64,000 nt of DNA, from NCBI GenBank assembly GCA_028534125.1, contig CM052817.1, positions 89,220,001-89,284,000 of the forward strand, given 5' to 3'. Positions 14,001 through 26,055 of this stretch are shown here, piece after piece. The notes below the pieces were generated by a model. That model had not been told where the DNA came from. It saw nothing but the letters and a program-made list of their open reading frames with translations, and did no database searches. Each line of letters begins with the position of its first letter. Within the stretch, counting starts at the first letter, position 1. This DNA comes from Lama glama (taxonomy: Eukaryota). A program made the position numbers and the translations under genes.

Positions 14001-15814
14001 TTAAACTATGTAAAAGAAGGATACTAGTCCATTCATGTAGTCTTCCTAGAAACACATTTGATATAAATAATCATGATCATGGTATGTACTATGTGTTGTA
14101 TTCATCTTTACAATAATGCCACTGCTAACAGTAACACTGTGTCTTCATTATAAAATTTAATTCAAAATGTTTCCACTGGCCATTGGAATTTTCCTTTTAC
14201 CTATAAAAAATAATTTGATTTCTTCAGTCTTAATAAAACCTAAAAAATGTTTTGTTTGGCCAGATGCATGAAAAGAAGAAGAATATGAGTATCTTTAGAA
14301 AGTTTCCCACAGTAGCTACCACTTTCTGTTTCTGCTCACCTGGACTCTAAGTCATCTTGTTTTTGATGCCCTCTTTTGAGTCAAGGAAATCACTGTATTT
14401 ATATACCTCGAAATATAAAGAAACATAGTCATATTCTTTGAAATACCTTTTGTTACCAAGTGATATTTTTTGTTTTGAGGCCTTGGATCAGTAAAATACT
14501 GCTTAAAATTTGAGGTAGATATTCTTGGAAGATTCAAGGTCTATCAAACTGTCACTGAAGGCTACTAACATGAACACATCAACTTCCAAAAAGCTGGAGG
14601 TTTTTCTGCAGTAACTAAAATCAGCATAAAATAATACTCTCATTATTAATGTTCAGGGTCATATAACAACTGTCCTGAAATTTTGTCTTCTATATGGTTT
14701 TAAAAGCACTAACCTCCCAATATGAACTTTTTTCCCCTTCTAATTGCTTCTTTTCAAAATTCTGTAGAGTTACATAGAGTATACACTGGTATCAATTATT
14801 AAAGTTCATATAATTATGTTCAATATTTCATTATAATTATAATAAGCTCAACACTTTTAAATTCCAAAGCTATAAATGGAAAGTTTAATTACCGTGATAT
14901 TTAAAATTGGACACATGGCTTCTTCATCTCTCATCATGATTATTAATCAGAGTATTTATCCTATAATGCATCTATTTGCCTAAGTCCAAGTAATTTAATG
15001 TAAAATTTTAAAATAATACTATATTTTGAAAATAATTGTGTGTGTCCTTGAACCTGGAAAGAAACTAAAATAAAATATTCAAAAACTAGTTCTGTAATGA
15101 ATTTAATTGATGGAACTATTTTTGAGACAATTTCACAGGTGTTCAAGCAAAAGCATCCCCACAATATAACATTTCCATAAGTAAAAGTAGCCTCAATGAT
15201 CTTTGGAAGACAAACAGAATTTTTTAAAGTTAATAAACTTTACTAAGAACCAATTCTACACTTTAGGATTGGTTTGAATATTATAAAAAAAATAAAAATG
15301 GTAAAAGTAATGTCATATTTCATATTTTTATAAATATAGCTTATCCTACAGATATTCTTTACCATAACTTGATTCCCACCTTCCTGTTGTTTATGATTTA
15401 GAAAAAAAATTACATTTCCTGAAATACAATTGCTTTTTTATCCTAAAAAATCACCTATTTTTATGACACTGAATAGGTTCTGCAGCTTAATTAACAAAGT
15501 ACTCAATTGTATGCTTCACATAGCTCTTCAGTAGGCTTGAAGGTGTTTAAGTACAACATCCTTGCATACTGAAACCATGAAACTGTCCTCTACTATACAT
15601 TGCATTGTACTGTGCTAGGATAACAAAAGAGAAAATAAAAACAAACTGTTAAAATATATCTTCATTTTATTTTCCTCTCAAGGTACAAAATAATATAATA
15701 TCTAAAAGGACAGAAGCTAACTGTCCATCTTAGAGGATCATGTAAAATGAGTAGGATAAAGAACAAAGCAATTAAAATTAGGATAAACTCTGATCAAAGT
15801 TTCTAATAAAATAA

Positions 15815-16022
15815 TGATATCAGTATGCATTTACTTATTGTTTGCAAGAATGGCTGTTAGAATTTTTACATACATTCATTCATTTCATCGTTACACTATC
15901 CATATTAGACAGATATTATTATTTCCATTTTACAAATGCGCTACAGAAATGTTTAATGACTATACCAAGTTCTAACTACTAGCAAGTGGTACAGCTGAGA
16001 TTCTGAACCTGACTGCAAAGCC
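15815..16022 (-). mobile_element. MIR SINE
   Basis: attattatttccattttacaaatg...agcaagtggtacagctgagattctgaacctgactgcaaagcc. Confidence 0.8.
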
Positions 16023-16271
16023 AGGATATCTCAAATAGTAGTAAATTTCTTTTACTTACCATTCATTTACTACCTTTTGAATTTACTTTGAATTTAGATG
16101 ATTTAAAAATTTAGATACTTTTCTGAATGTTTAATCTATGCAAACCCATATTCTGAAAAACATTTTTTGGAGGTAAATATGTGAAATACTGTTTTTTCAT
16201 TTTTGAACACTGCATTTTAACACAGCATACAAACTTAAAGACGTATTTTATTTTTGCTCTTAAAAGTTTTT

Positions 16272-17413
16272 GAAAATTTTATTTCTACACTATTTCTAAA
16301 GGTTACTTTCTATTAACAATTACTACAAAATATTGGCTGTATTCCCCATGTGTACATCCTTGAGCCGATCTTACACCCAGTAGTTTATATCTTCCACTCT
16401 CCAACCCTGTATTGCCCCTCCTCCTCCCACCACCAGAAACCACTAGTTTGTTCTCTGTATCTGTGAGTCTGCTTCTTTTCTGTTATATTCACTAGTTTGT
16501 TGTATTTTTAGATTCCACATGAGTGATATCATACAGTATTTGTCTTTCTCTTTCTGACTTATTTCAGTTAGCATAATGCTCTCCAAGTTCATCCATGTTG
16601 CTGCAAATGGCAAATTTTGTTCCTTTTTATGGCTGAGCAGTATCCGACACTGTATATGTGTATTTATATATACCACATCTTCTTTATCTACGCATCTGTT
16701 GATGGATACTTAGGTTGCTTCCATATCTTAGCAATTATAAATAATGTCGCTATGAATATTGGGATGCATGTATATTTTCAAATTAGTGTTTTGTTTCTTT
16801 CACATATGTGCCAAGGAATAGAACTGCTGGGTCATATGGTAGTTCTATTTTCAGGTTTTTGGAGAAACTTCCATACTGTTTTCTACAGTGGCTGTACCTA
16901 TTTACATTTCCACCAATAGGGTTCCCTTTTCTCAACATCTTCACTAACGTTTGTTATTTGTGTTCTTTTTGATGACAGCCATTCTGACAGGTGTGAGGTG
17001 GTATCTCATTGTGGTTTTGATTTGAATTTCCCTGATAATTAGCAATGTTGAGCATCTTTTCATGTGCCTGTTGGACAACTGCATTTACTCTTTGGAAAAA
17101 TGTTTATTCAGTTCTGCTGCCCATTTGTCAACCAGATTTTTCTTTCTTTCATGTTGAGCTGTAGGAACTATTTCTTTGTCGTATCATTTGCTTCTTCCAT
17201 GCAGCAGACTGTCTTTTCATCTTGTTGATGGTTTCCTTGCTGTGCAAAAGCTTTTACATTTAATTAGGTCCCATCTATTTATTTTTGCTTTTATTTCCTT
17301 TATCTTAGGAGATAGATCCAAAAAAAAACATTGCTGTGATTTATGTCAGAGTGTTCTGTTTTCCTCTAAGAGTTTCATAGTATCTGGTCTTACATTTAGG
17401 TCTTTAATCCATA
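16272..17413 (-). mobile_element. 5'-truncated L1 with perfect 11-bp TSD
   Basis: L1 3' UTR plus ORF2 end (PFAATWMNLESIML.EISQKEKDKYCMISL); TSD taaaagttttt at 16261-16271 and 17414-17424. Confidence 0.95.
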
Positions 17414-17429
17414 TAAAAGTTTTTAAACA

Positions 17430-18204
17430 CAGATTTATTGAAGTGTAAGGGGCATACATACTGTAAATTGTAAATATAGTGTATAATTCAATAAATTCTA
17501 ACATATCACCAAAATAAAGATAAAAAATCCATCACTCCCCCAAAATTACTGCTGCCCTGTTGTAATCCTTCTACACCAGTCCTGACTGCCTTATGCCACT
17601 GTTCTCAGGTAACCACTAATCTACTCTATCTATCTACTTGTTTGGACTTCCTAGAATTTTATGTGAATGGAATCATTTAGTAAGTACTGTTTTATTGTCT
17701 GGATTCTTCCTCTCAGTATGGTGATTTAGGGATTCATCCATATTGTGTATATAAATAATTCATTCCTGTTGTTTCTGTGTAGCATATCATTGCACGAATA
17801 TACCAAAATGTGTCTGTCCACTCACCTGTTGAAGGACTTTGGGATTGTTTCAGGTTTTAGACTATTACATACAGTTCATTCAGTTGCTATAAACATTTGT
17901 GTCAAAGTCTTTTTATGGACATATGCTTTCATTTCTTTTGGGAAAGACCTAGGAAAGGAATGGCTGAATCATATGGTAGGTGTACAGTTAATCTCCAAAG
18001 TGATTTTTGCCAAAATATTTTCCAAAATGGTACCATTTTACATGAAAGTTCCAGTATTTCCAAATTTTAGCCAACATTTGTTATGGTTAATCTTTGTAAT
18101 ATTAGCTATTATAATAGGTGAACAGTGGTACGTCACTGTGATTTTATTTTTTATTTCTTTATGAGCAATTATGAGCTTTCTTCATGTGCTTATTTGCCAT
18201 CTGT
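17430..18204 (-). mobile_element. Older L1M (L1MD/ME-like) 3' fragment
   Basis: ttcctagaattttatgtgaatggaatcat...ttatggacatatgctttcatttcttttggg...ttcatgtgcttatttgccatctgt. Confidence 0.85.
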
Positions 18205-18460
18205 GTAACCAGAAAGCTCTGGGATCCTCAGAGATTCAAGCATCCCTGAGAAAGTGGCTGACTTGGCATTGCCTTAATGCTCCTGGGCATCCTGAACCCC
18301 CTGAGGTCCAGGAGGAGCTAAATAGGCATGCTGACTCTTGTTCTAAGACTGAAGGGCGGTGGGGGCCAGGATACTTTCTCCAGGTGTCACATCCACAGAA
18401 TGGAAATTTGCCTAAATTCTATCACCAAGTAACTATGCCTGGTGTTGAACAGTTTTGAGA
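18204..18460 (+). mobile_element. ERV LTR-like fragment, family uncertain
   Basis: Abrupt GC-richer block starting tgtaaccagaaag where the L1M ends. Confidence 0.35.
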
Positions 18461-18829
18461 GTATACTACCATTTGAGGGAAAAGGATAAAAATTGAATAC
18501 AAATTTTAATTTTTAAAATATGCAGAAAAATCTTTATAATCATGCACAAGAAATTAACAAGTATCTTCTTATATAAAATAAAAATGGTAACTAGACAGTG
18601 TAGGATTTTAAACTGTAGTTTTTCACTCTTCTTGGTTTTTGACTCATACAAAGCTACTATTTATTAAAAATAAAGACAAGCAAAAATAAATGAAATATAA
18701 GAAAATGGAAATAGAAACCATTTTGTGTGTGTGTGGCAGTGTCAATTACCCATTATTTTTATGCTAATGTACTACAGTTTCTATCAGAATTTTTTAACCA
18801 GTTTTGATCGGAAAGATAAATGTAATAAA

Positions 18830-20050
18830 TAGTCTTAATATTCACATGTGGAATAATACATGCCCAAGAATAGCTAAAGAATTATTTTAAAAGTGGAAGA
18901 ATTATGGGAGAGTTTCTATACAAGATATCAGATAAAACTAGAAGCCACCCACTCAGATCATTATACAGCAGAATAAAAAATGCAGTATCTGTGGAATTTA
19001 ATGACCACAGGATAACTTCACTTGGAGGGAAAGGATGGATTATTTACATTCTCACCATCAGGGTGAAAGAGATGCAGTTCCTTCACATTCTCACCAGCAC
19101 TTGGTATAGCGAGACTTTTTAATTTTGCAAAACTGGTTATTTGACTAGAAAAAAAAAAAGAATATGAAAACTTCCTTATATAGCATGCAAAAAATGCACT
19201 ACAGACATATTATGGACTTTAATTTTAAAAATCGTGAATCAGAAGTTTGATACTGTTATCAGCCAAAATCTAGAGACAGCAATTGTTTTAACCAAGTATT
19301 GAATTCCATATAAGAAAACACATATTAGACTATATAAAACACATATAGACTGCCATTACTAAAGTAAGCAGTTAAAAAATTTCTTAAATAATTGCCATGT
19401 ACATGGTATAAAAAGGGTTAATGTGTATAATACTCCCAGAACTAATACAAATTGATAAATGGAAAAATAATATCAAAACAGAAAAAAATGTATTAACTGA
19501 ACATTCACAGAAGAGCAAGTATTGAAAGCCAATAAATGCATAAAGTTTGCATATTTATGCATAAAATACTCAAACTCACAAGTAGCCAAAGAATGACTAT
19601 TTTATACTAACATATTTATAGGATAATGACATATCACTCAGCACCCATCAGAAAGGCTAAAGTTAAAATGAGTTATAACATCTGTTGCTGTCCGGGATTT
19701 AAGGAGAAAGAAATACTGTCACTTAAGGCTGTGGGGAATACAAAATGTTACAGGCGTCTTGGATGTAATGGGGCAATATGAAATTAAGAATACTAAGAAT
19801 TAATACTTTTAATTAAGAAATTAAAAACTTTTGATTCAGAAAAAAATGTAGTATGCAAGGACATACATATGAGAATGTTTGCTCATAGCAGAGAACAAAG
19901 ATAAATATATAATCATGAGAAAATATTTAAATAAAGCACATCCATGCCATGGAATACCATGTAGCCATTGTAAGCAATGATCGATAGATGTGCTAGTTTA
20001 CTTGGATAAATTTCTATTTTATAAAAGGCAGTTGACACAGATATATGTAG
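18830..20050 (+). mobile_element. Highly diverged L1ME ORF2 3' fragments
   Basis: aaatgctcaaac-like, cacccatcaga..ggctaaagtt and catccatgccatggaataccatgtagccatt motifs in L1 order. Confidence 0.6.
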
Positions 20051-22739
20051 GGAGGTATTAGTTTTGAAAAGCAAAAGGAAAAATTTAAGCCCTGTATTCA
20101 GATAAGTGGATATATTATAATATAAATATCAATTATTGTATAAATGTTTTTTATATAATTACATGAACTTAAATAAAATTACATTATTCTGAATACTGAA
20201 TTGCCACTATGGACTATTTTGGGAGATATAACGATGTAAAAAAGATACTGAACTTAAAAATATGCATCACATTATAAATTTATATAAAATTATGTATTGA
20301 CATTCATAGTGGACTTCCAAAGTAAAACAGCCAATGAATATCTTAGTTCATTTCAAACCAGAGAGTTCTAGAAACCCATTATCTACTCTTCTGATAAAAT
20401 GAACATTAAAGTATTGAGGGAAATACCAGACAAGCAGAAAAATTCAACTAAATGAAAATCAAATTTCTTCACTAAATTAGAGTTCACTAGTTTTTCTTTC
20501 CTATTTCTGAATATAATAGCTAAACCAATTTTAAAATTTATAAAAGGCGTTATCTTTTTTGCCTTTTCAAAAGATTACTTGTTCCTAATTATGGCTAAAC
20601 ATGTTCACATCTGCCTTAAAATAGCCCCTTATTGCAGCAATTAAGTTAACATACAAAAATTGTTTCTGCTAATAAGAGAGATTTGATTTAGATGTCTTTT
20701 ACCAATATGCATCCAAACATTAACCAACAAGTGAACTTTAAATACTAGATCTCATAATATATGTTACAAAATATTTTGGGAAAATAATCACTCTTATACT
20801 TGCATCAATGTTTTGAATAATAATAGATGTTTCCCCAGATCTACTTTTAGTTCCACAAGCTTTTTAAAAGAGAAGTCTTTCTTTAATTCTATACACTTGG
20901 ATTAACAGAAGCAATCTAATGCATGTTAGCCTAATGAAAGAGAAGTAGTGAATCAAACCACATTTATTTCAGTTCACTTGTTCACAGGCTCACTCATCTG
21001 TGAAATCTAATGAAACGCTTCTGGAATGAAAGGGATAAAGACACAGAAGCTGTAAAAAAAAAATTTGTGGGAAAATCTGAATTTGAGGAAATAAAATAAA
21101 GGTTTATGGAAGCTGATACTTCTGTAAGAAAACTTTCTAACAATGAATTCTACTGAATTTAGTGCACATTATTTCATAAAATTGAATTGCTTGCCCAATC
21201 AGTTTGATCGACTATCTGAAACCATGTTTCATTGTTAACAAAATTTAGAAATGCTTACCATGGGCTACACTTATCCATAGAAACTAGAAGTACACAGATT
21301 ATAATTTATTAATTGAAATATAGATTTTAATTTATTATTCACTTAGAAACCTAAGAACACAGAGTCCCAGATCATTTAATAAACCTCAAATAATATTGTC
21401 ATTTTAACCTATTGGAAAATTTCAGCAGCTGAAAAATGTAAATAGGAAAGAAAAAAAAAATCACAACCAGTTAATTACCTGCTAATTTCATGAATTCTTG
21501 GTCATTCAAATTTATCTGAGATTTTGAGTCTAATCCAGTTTTGCAGCACTTCTGGAACACGAGTAATTTTGTTGCCTTTGTTATATACACACACATACAC
21601 ACACAGATAAAACCTTCAGTTCTAGTAAATACTGATAAATAAATTCAGCCCACTTGAAATCAACTGTAAAACGTGGTTTTGTGTAAATTTAACACACATG
21701 CACACCCACTGAACAGATGGATAACAAGTATGTAAGAACTTGGTTGAAAATCTGGTAACATAAAACCATCCAAAATCCTTCCCCCCCACCCCCCATTATC
21801 AGTGCTAAATTTGCATAGGAATGTAGCAGAATGATGCTTTAGAAAATTCTGGAAACATGTAAGCCAGAAAACCATTCTTACAGAACTTACATCCTTTTTA
21901 TAGCAAAATATATAGTATACAACTTGTTTGACACATTGTGGGTCCTGTTTTACATGCCTTCCTACATATCCTTCCTGGATAAACTTTGTTTATCCATATA
22001 AAAATGTACATCTGGTACGTATCTTCAAGTAAATAAAAATTTATATAATTATTTTAGGAGCTTCATATGAATCCAAAATACAGGGATTACACAATGACAT
22101 GTGTAATTCTGCATCCTGGACATTCAGATTACTTCCAGGTTGCATTTTATTCTACTAACACAGCTAAAACAAACACACTCACTTCTGTATTTTCTTTCTG
22201 GGACTTCTACCTTTTTTGAATAGATAGCCAAAAAGGAGGGTCTGACCTGGAAAATATAGACATTTTAAGTACAATTGCTATGGCTAGGCTGTTTGCCTAT
22301 ATTATCGGATAATTCCTACTTGCAATGGTAATGAAAGTCACCTTCTCCAGGGCCCCCTTAACATTAAATGTTATTTTCATTTAATATTTATTACTCAATG
22401 TAAAAAGTGGCAGCTTTCTGTGACTTACATTTTTTATTAATCTCCATTAACCACTCTGTTTGCCGTGGTCTTTGAGTCTTTGGCTTACTCTTTAGCCTAC
22501 TTCTCTCAGTGAACCTTTAGAGAGTCCTTCTTTCCACAACTCTGACCCAGTTCCTAGGTGGTGGTATCTTGTTTAGTAATCTCAGTACAGTCATTATTAG
22601 TTTTTCCAATAACGTATCCACTCACAGCACAGCTTGTGTATTTAAATGGCTAAGCACACTTTCATTAACAGCTACTAAGTAAATGTGTGTGTCAAAGTTT
22701 ATTTCTCCCTTTTCTGGTTTTGTTTAGTCACCAACAGTT

Positions 22740-23600
22740 GGTCATTGATTTCTCCAACTATTTTCCTCTGATGAATATGCCATTAATATATTCTATAAAA
22801 TAATTTCCCATCCTAAAATATTTTTCTTTTGCCTTAAAGGATAAATTGTATTTGTGTACATATACTATTTTTGGATTATTTTTCCTCTTTGTCTCACTGA
22901 CTTCTACTAGGTACTACTGATGAAAAGCTGTTGCTAATCTGATACTTTTTCTTCTCTAAGTAACTTGTAATCTACTGGAAGGTCTGGATTATTGTCTTTA
23001 TGCTTGGAATTCAATATATTCCATAGGATGGTAGGGCATTTTTTAATCAGTCCTAGGACATGATGAGATTTTTTAAGTCTTTCTTTGGATCAGATAAATT
23101 GTCCCCTTTGATTTATATAATCATTTCTTCTATAGCATCTATTCCTTTTCTTTTTCTAAAAGACATATTATTTTTCTGTTATTGCTCTGGCAACCATCCT
23201 AAAGCCTTCTTATTGTTCCCATTACATGTCTTTATTTGTTCTGTGGGCTCTGAGCTATTAATTTCACATGATCTGCCAAGCCACTCACTTGGTGCTGAAT
23301 ACTGATGACCCAGTCTTCCAGATGCTTAAATCAGTTTTCACAATGTTAATATCATGATTTTAATAACTTAATTAGTGCTCCTTGAGGGCTTCTATTACCA
23401 TGTTGTTAAGGTTGTTGTCTGCCGATTCCAATGACTGTTTCAGCAGGAGCAACTTGATCTCTGGGTCCTGTGTGTTATTTTTTCCTGTTTGTGCTCTTAA
23501 GTGTAATTTTTTTTTTCCCTTTCACCCTCTTAGGGATCAGGTTAAATTATTAGACTGCATTGGACAAAGAGATAATCACCAGAAGGCACAGCTTTTTCTA
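22740..23600 (-). mobile_element. Ancient L1M/HAL1-like ORF1 fragment
   Basis: ctgatgaaaagctgttgctaatctgat...ctttatgcttggaattca...gagattttt..tctttctttggatcag. Confidence 0.5.
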
Positions 23601-24211
23601 TGCCTCTGACCAGGCAGGAGACAATCTCTTAACTGCTCACTGTCACTTGACATCAGAGAAAAATCCTCTTTGCTCCCAGGTCCACCAGATGGATTTGTCA
23701 GACCTTTCCCAGCCTTAGAACCTGAAAACCATTCAGCTCTCTTTGGTAGCTCCTTTCCAGATTCAGAAAGACAAAGTTGGCCTGAGCAACAGTTTGTGTG
23801 AGCCGCAAGGACAGCTCTTCCCCGAGCACCTCTATACTGAGCCCGCACTGGTTACTGGGTCATCCCGTTCTAGTCCTCAACCGAGAACCAAGTCCTGTGC
23901 TTCAGGGCACCCAGATAAAGCCTTTTGCCTCAAATGCCTTCTCTAGTTTTGATGTTAAAAAAAAAAAAAAACTGTCTTATCCTGAAGAAGATGAGATAGA
24001 AAACAGGAGATTTTTTCCCCCAAACATCTCTCCCAGTAAAATTAATTCTTCAAATAAAGTAATGAAATATGATTATTTAGGAACACTGTATCTATCTAGA
24101 TATTAAAATAATTATTTTAGTCTTTTTTTCCCCCAAAATTCATATGCACTGTCCTATATCATTCTCCTAGGTTTTACGTGTGGCCTGCTCATTTTGTTAT
24201 TAACACCACTT

Positions 24212-24233
24212 GGGGGCGGGGGGGCGGGTTGGG
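24212..24233 (+). promoter_or_regulatory. Tandem GC boxes / potential G-quadruplex
   Basis: gggggcgggggggcgggttggg: two GGGGCGGG motifs and four G-runs with 1-2 nt loops. Confidence 0.35.
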
Positions 24234-24889
24234 ACAGGAAGGAAGAAGGGATGTAAGAAGTGGTATATCTAGCCGTTATAATATTGCACTGCAATTTAAG
24301 CTAAGTAGCAATTCTAAGAGGGTATTTTCTTCTGTGGAGGAGGTGATGCAGGGTGGGAAGGGGCAAAAGGGGAAGAGAATCAATTACTTGTTTGCAGGAT
24401 ACAGTGTGACTGTCCTTCCCTTTACTCTCTTCTTCTATCTTATGAATGAATCCTACTTATGAAACATAATTAAATCTAACTTTAGTGAAGAGGTGCTGCT
24501 GACTACAGAGTAGGTTCTGGAACTTTGTCAAATAAAAGGTGCTCATAACAAACATAATACATCACTCTCCCAATTACGGGGATCGTTCAGGAAGCCTCTG
24601 GCAGGAAGCACTGGCTGGAACTACCGGGCAGCAGTCAGCTGGTTTCATTGGGCTTAGTCCATGACTCACAGGGGTCATATTCTCCCAAGTATAATGACCA
24701 TAAAATAAGTGTTTGGAAAAACATTAGATTCACAGTGTGAAATGAATTCTATGAAGATTATTAAGTTCTATTGCTGCCGAAATATTTTTAAAAACAAAAG
24801 CACAAAATATTTGGAGTTTCCAGTTCCCACATTAACCCAAGGAGGCAGTGGTGGGAGGATTGTCTGCTGCCCAATGAAGTCATTAAAGG

Positions 24890-25170
24890 ATCGTGGTGGT
24901 GGGCAAGTCTGCCATCTTCAATAGGTGGCTTCCAGAACTGCTCTGTGGGCTGTCTTCATTCCTGTCAGTCAGGAGAGGGAGGAGCACAGATGGACAGATA
25001 TGGGGCGGAGGAGGGTTAAACAGGCCAGTGTGGAGGTGGTTCCCACCACTTCTACTCCAGTTCCACTGACTGAAATGCAATCGCATGGCCCAGCCAACTG
25101 CAAGGGGGGCTGCGAAATGGAGTCTAGCTCTAGGCCAACGGAGAAGAGAAAGTCTCTGCTTCACAGGCTT
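24890..25170 (-). mobile_element. MaLR LTR fragment (MLT1K/L-like)
   Basis: ccagttccactgactgaaatgcaatcgcatggcccagccaactgcaagggggg...gaaatggagtctagct. Confidence 0.75.
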
Positions 25171-25797
25171 AAACTAAGGTTAATTAACAAATACTCAAAT
25201 ATCAGTTTAAAATAATATAAATATGATTTAACATTACGGATAATCCATACTTACCTAGAAGCAAGGATGAAACTGGTTCAGTACTTTTGTATTTTCTGCT
25301 CCTATAAGCCACACGTTCAAAATGCTCTAATGGGCGGCCCGCTCGTAGGAAATGGCGCATATTTTTCTCTTGAGAGGAATGTTATGGCTTACTCTAGCTC
25401 TTGGTGGAAAGACAATATTGAGGGGAAAATGATATACTGGGGGACTATCTGAATTTTTTCTTCTATTATTTTTTAGCAGCTGCACTTTGTGCTTGTGAAG
25501 TTTGCATGACCAGTTTGCCCCTGCACATAGCTCTGGTGGGGGTGGCATCAGCAGACCTGCTCCAATGCCCCAATTACATGTTTGCTGCGTGCAGTAACCA
25601 TGCTAGTCAAACTACAGCCTCGGGCGTTAAAATCTTACATGGACTGATACTAAGAATGTTGTGAACAACCAATTCTGGTTAATTATTATGTCAAAGTCCT
25701 GAATAAGAGGCACTGAGTTCTGCTGCTGAGACTGATGCGCTCACTTGGTTTTACCCAAAGCCTAGTTTTTAAATGTTTCCTTAGATGTAGTAAGCAG

Positions 25798-25826
25798 TCT
25801 CTCTCTCTCTCTGTGTGTGTGTGTGT
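25798..25826. repeat. Compound (CT)n(GT)n microsatellite
   Basis: Seen directly. Confidence 0.9.
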
Positions 25827-25892
25827 TTAATGATTTTTGCTTAAATTAGTTAGATTCAGGATCTTTTGTTGATTTCTGAGGAAACTAAAACA

Positions 25893-26055
25893 CTCCAACA
25901 CCATGTACTGACTCCCCACCCCAGCTTTCTCCCCTGTCCCCAGGTCTGGGCCACTTCTGAGTGGGGCAGTGGGTTCTAACTTGGCTCATACTGAGAATGT
26001 AAGAACTACAAACAAAATTTCTATTAAATTAAGTTTTGTGTCTTCAAAAAAAAAA
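25893..26055 (+). pseudogene. CALR: Processed retrocopy of the calreticulin mRNA 3' end (3' UTR only, with poly(A))
   Basis: ctttctcccctgtccccaggtctgggccacttctgagtggggcagtggg...ctgagaatgtaagaactacaaacaaaatttctattaaattaagttttgtgtct matches my recall of the mammalian CALR terminal 3' UTR; ATTAAA at 26023-26028; A10 at 26046-26055; 5' boundary approximate. Confidence 0.85.

Noticed and set aside
16443..18164. Several hydrophobic ORFs that look membrane-like
   Set aside because: Translations of L1 sequence, mostly antisense; the same holds for 2036-2509, 35113-35553, 37725-38121 and 57232-57609.
25841..25852. Possible left TSD for the CALR retrocopy (aaattagtta vs aaattaggta)
   Set aside because: About 40 nt upstream of where CALR similarity appears to start; AT-rich chance match likely.
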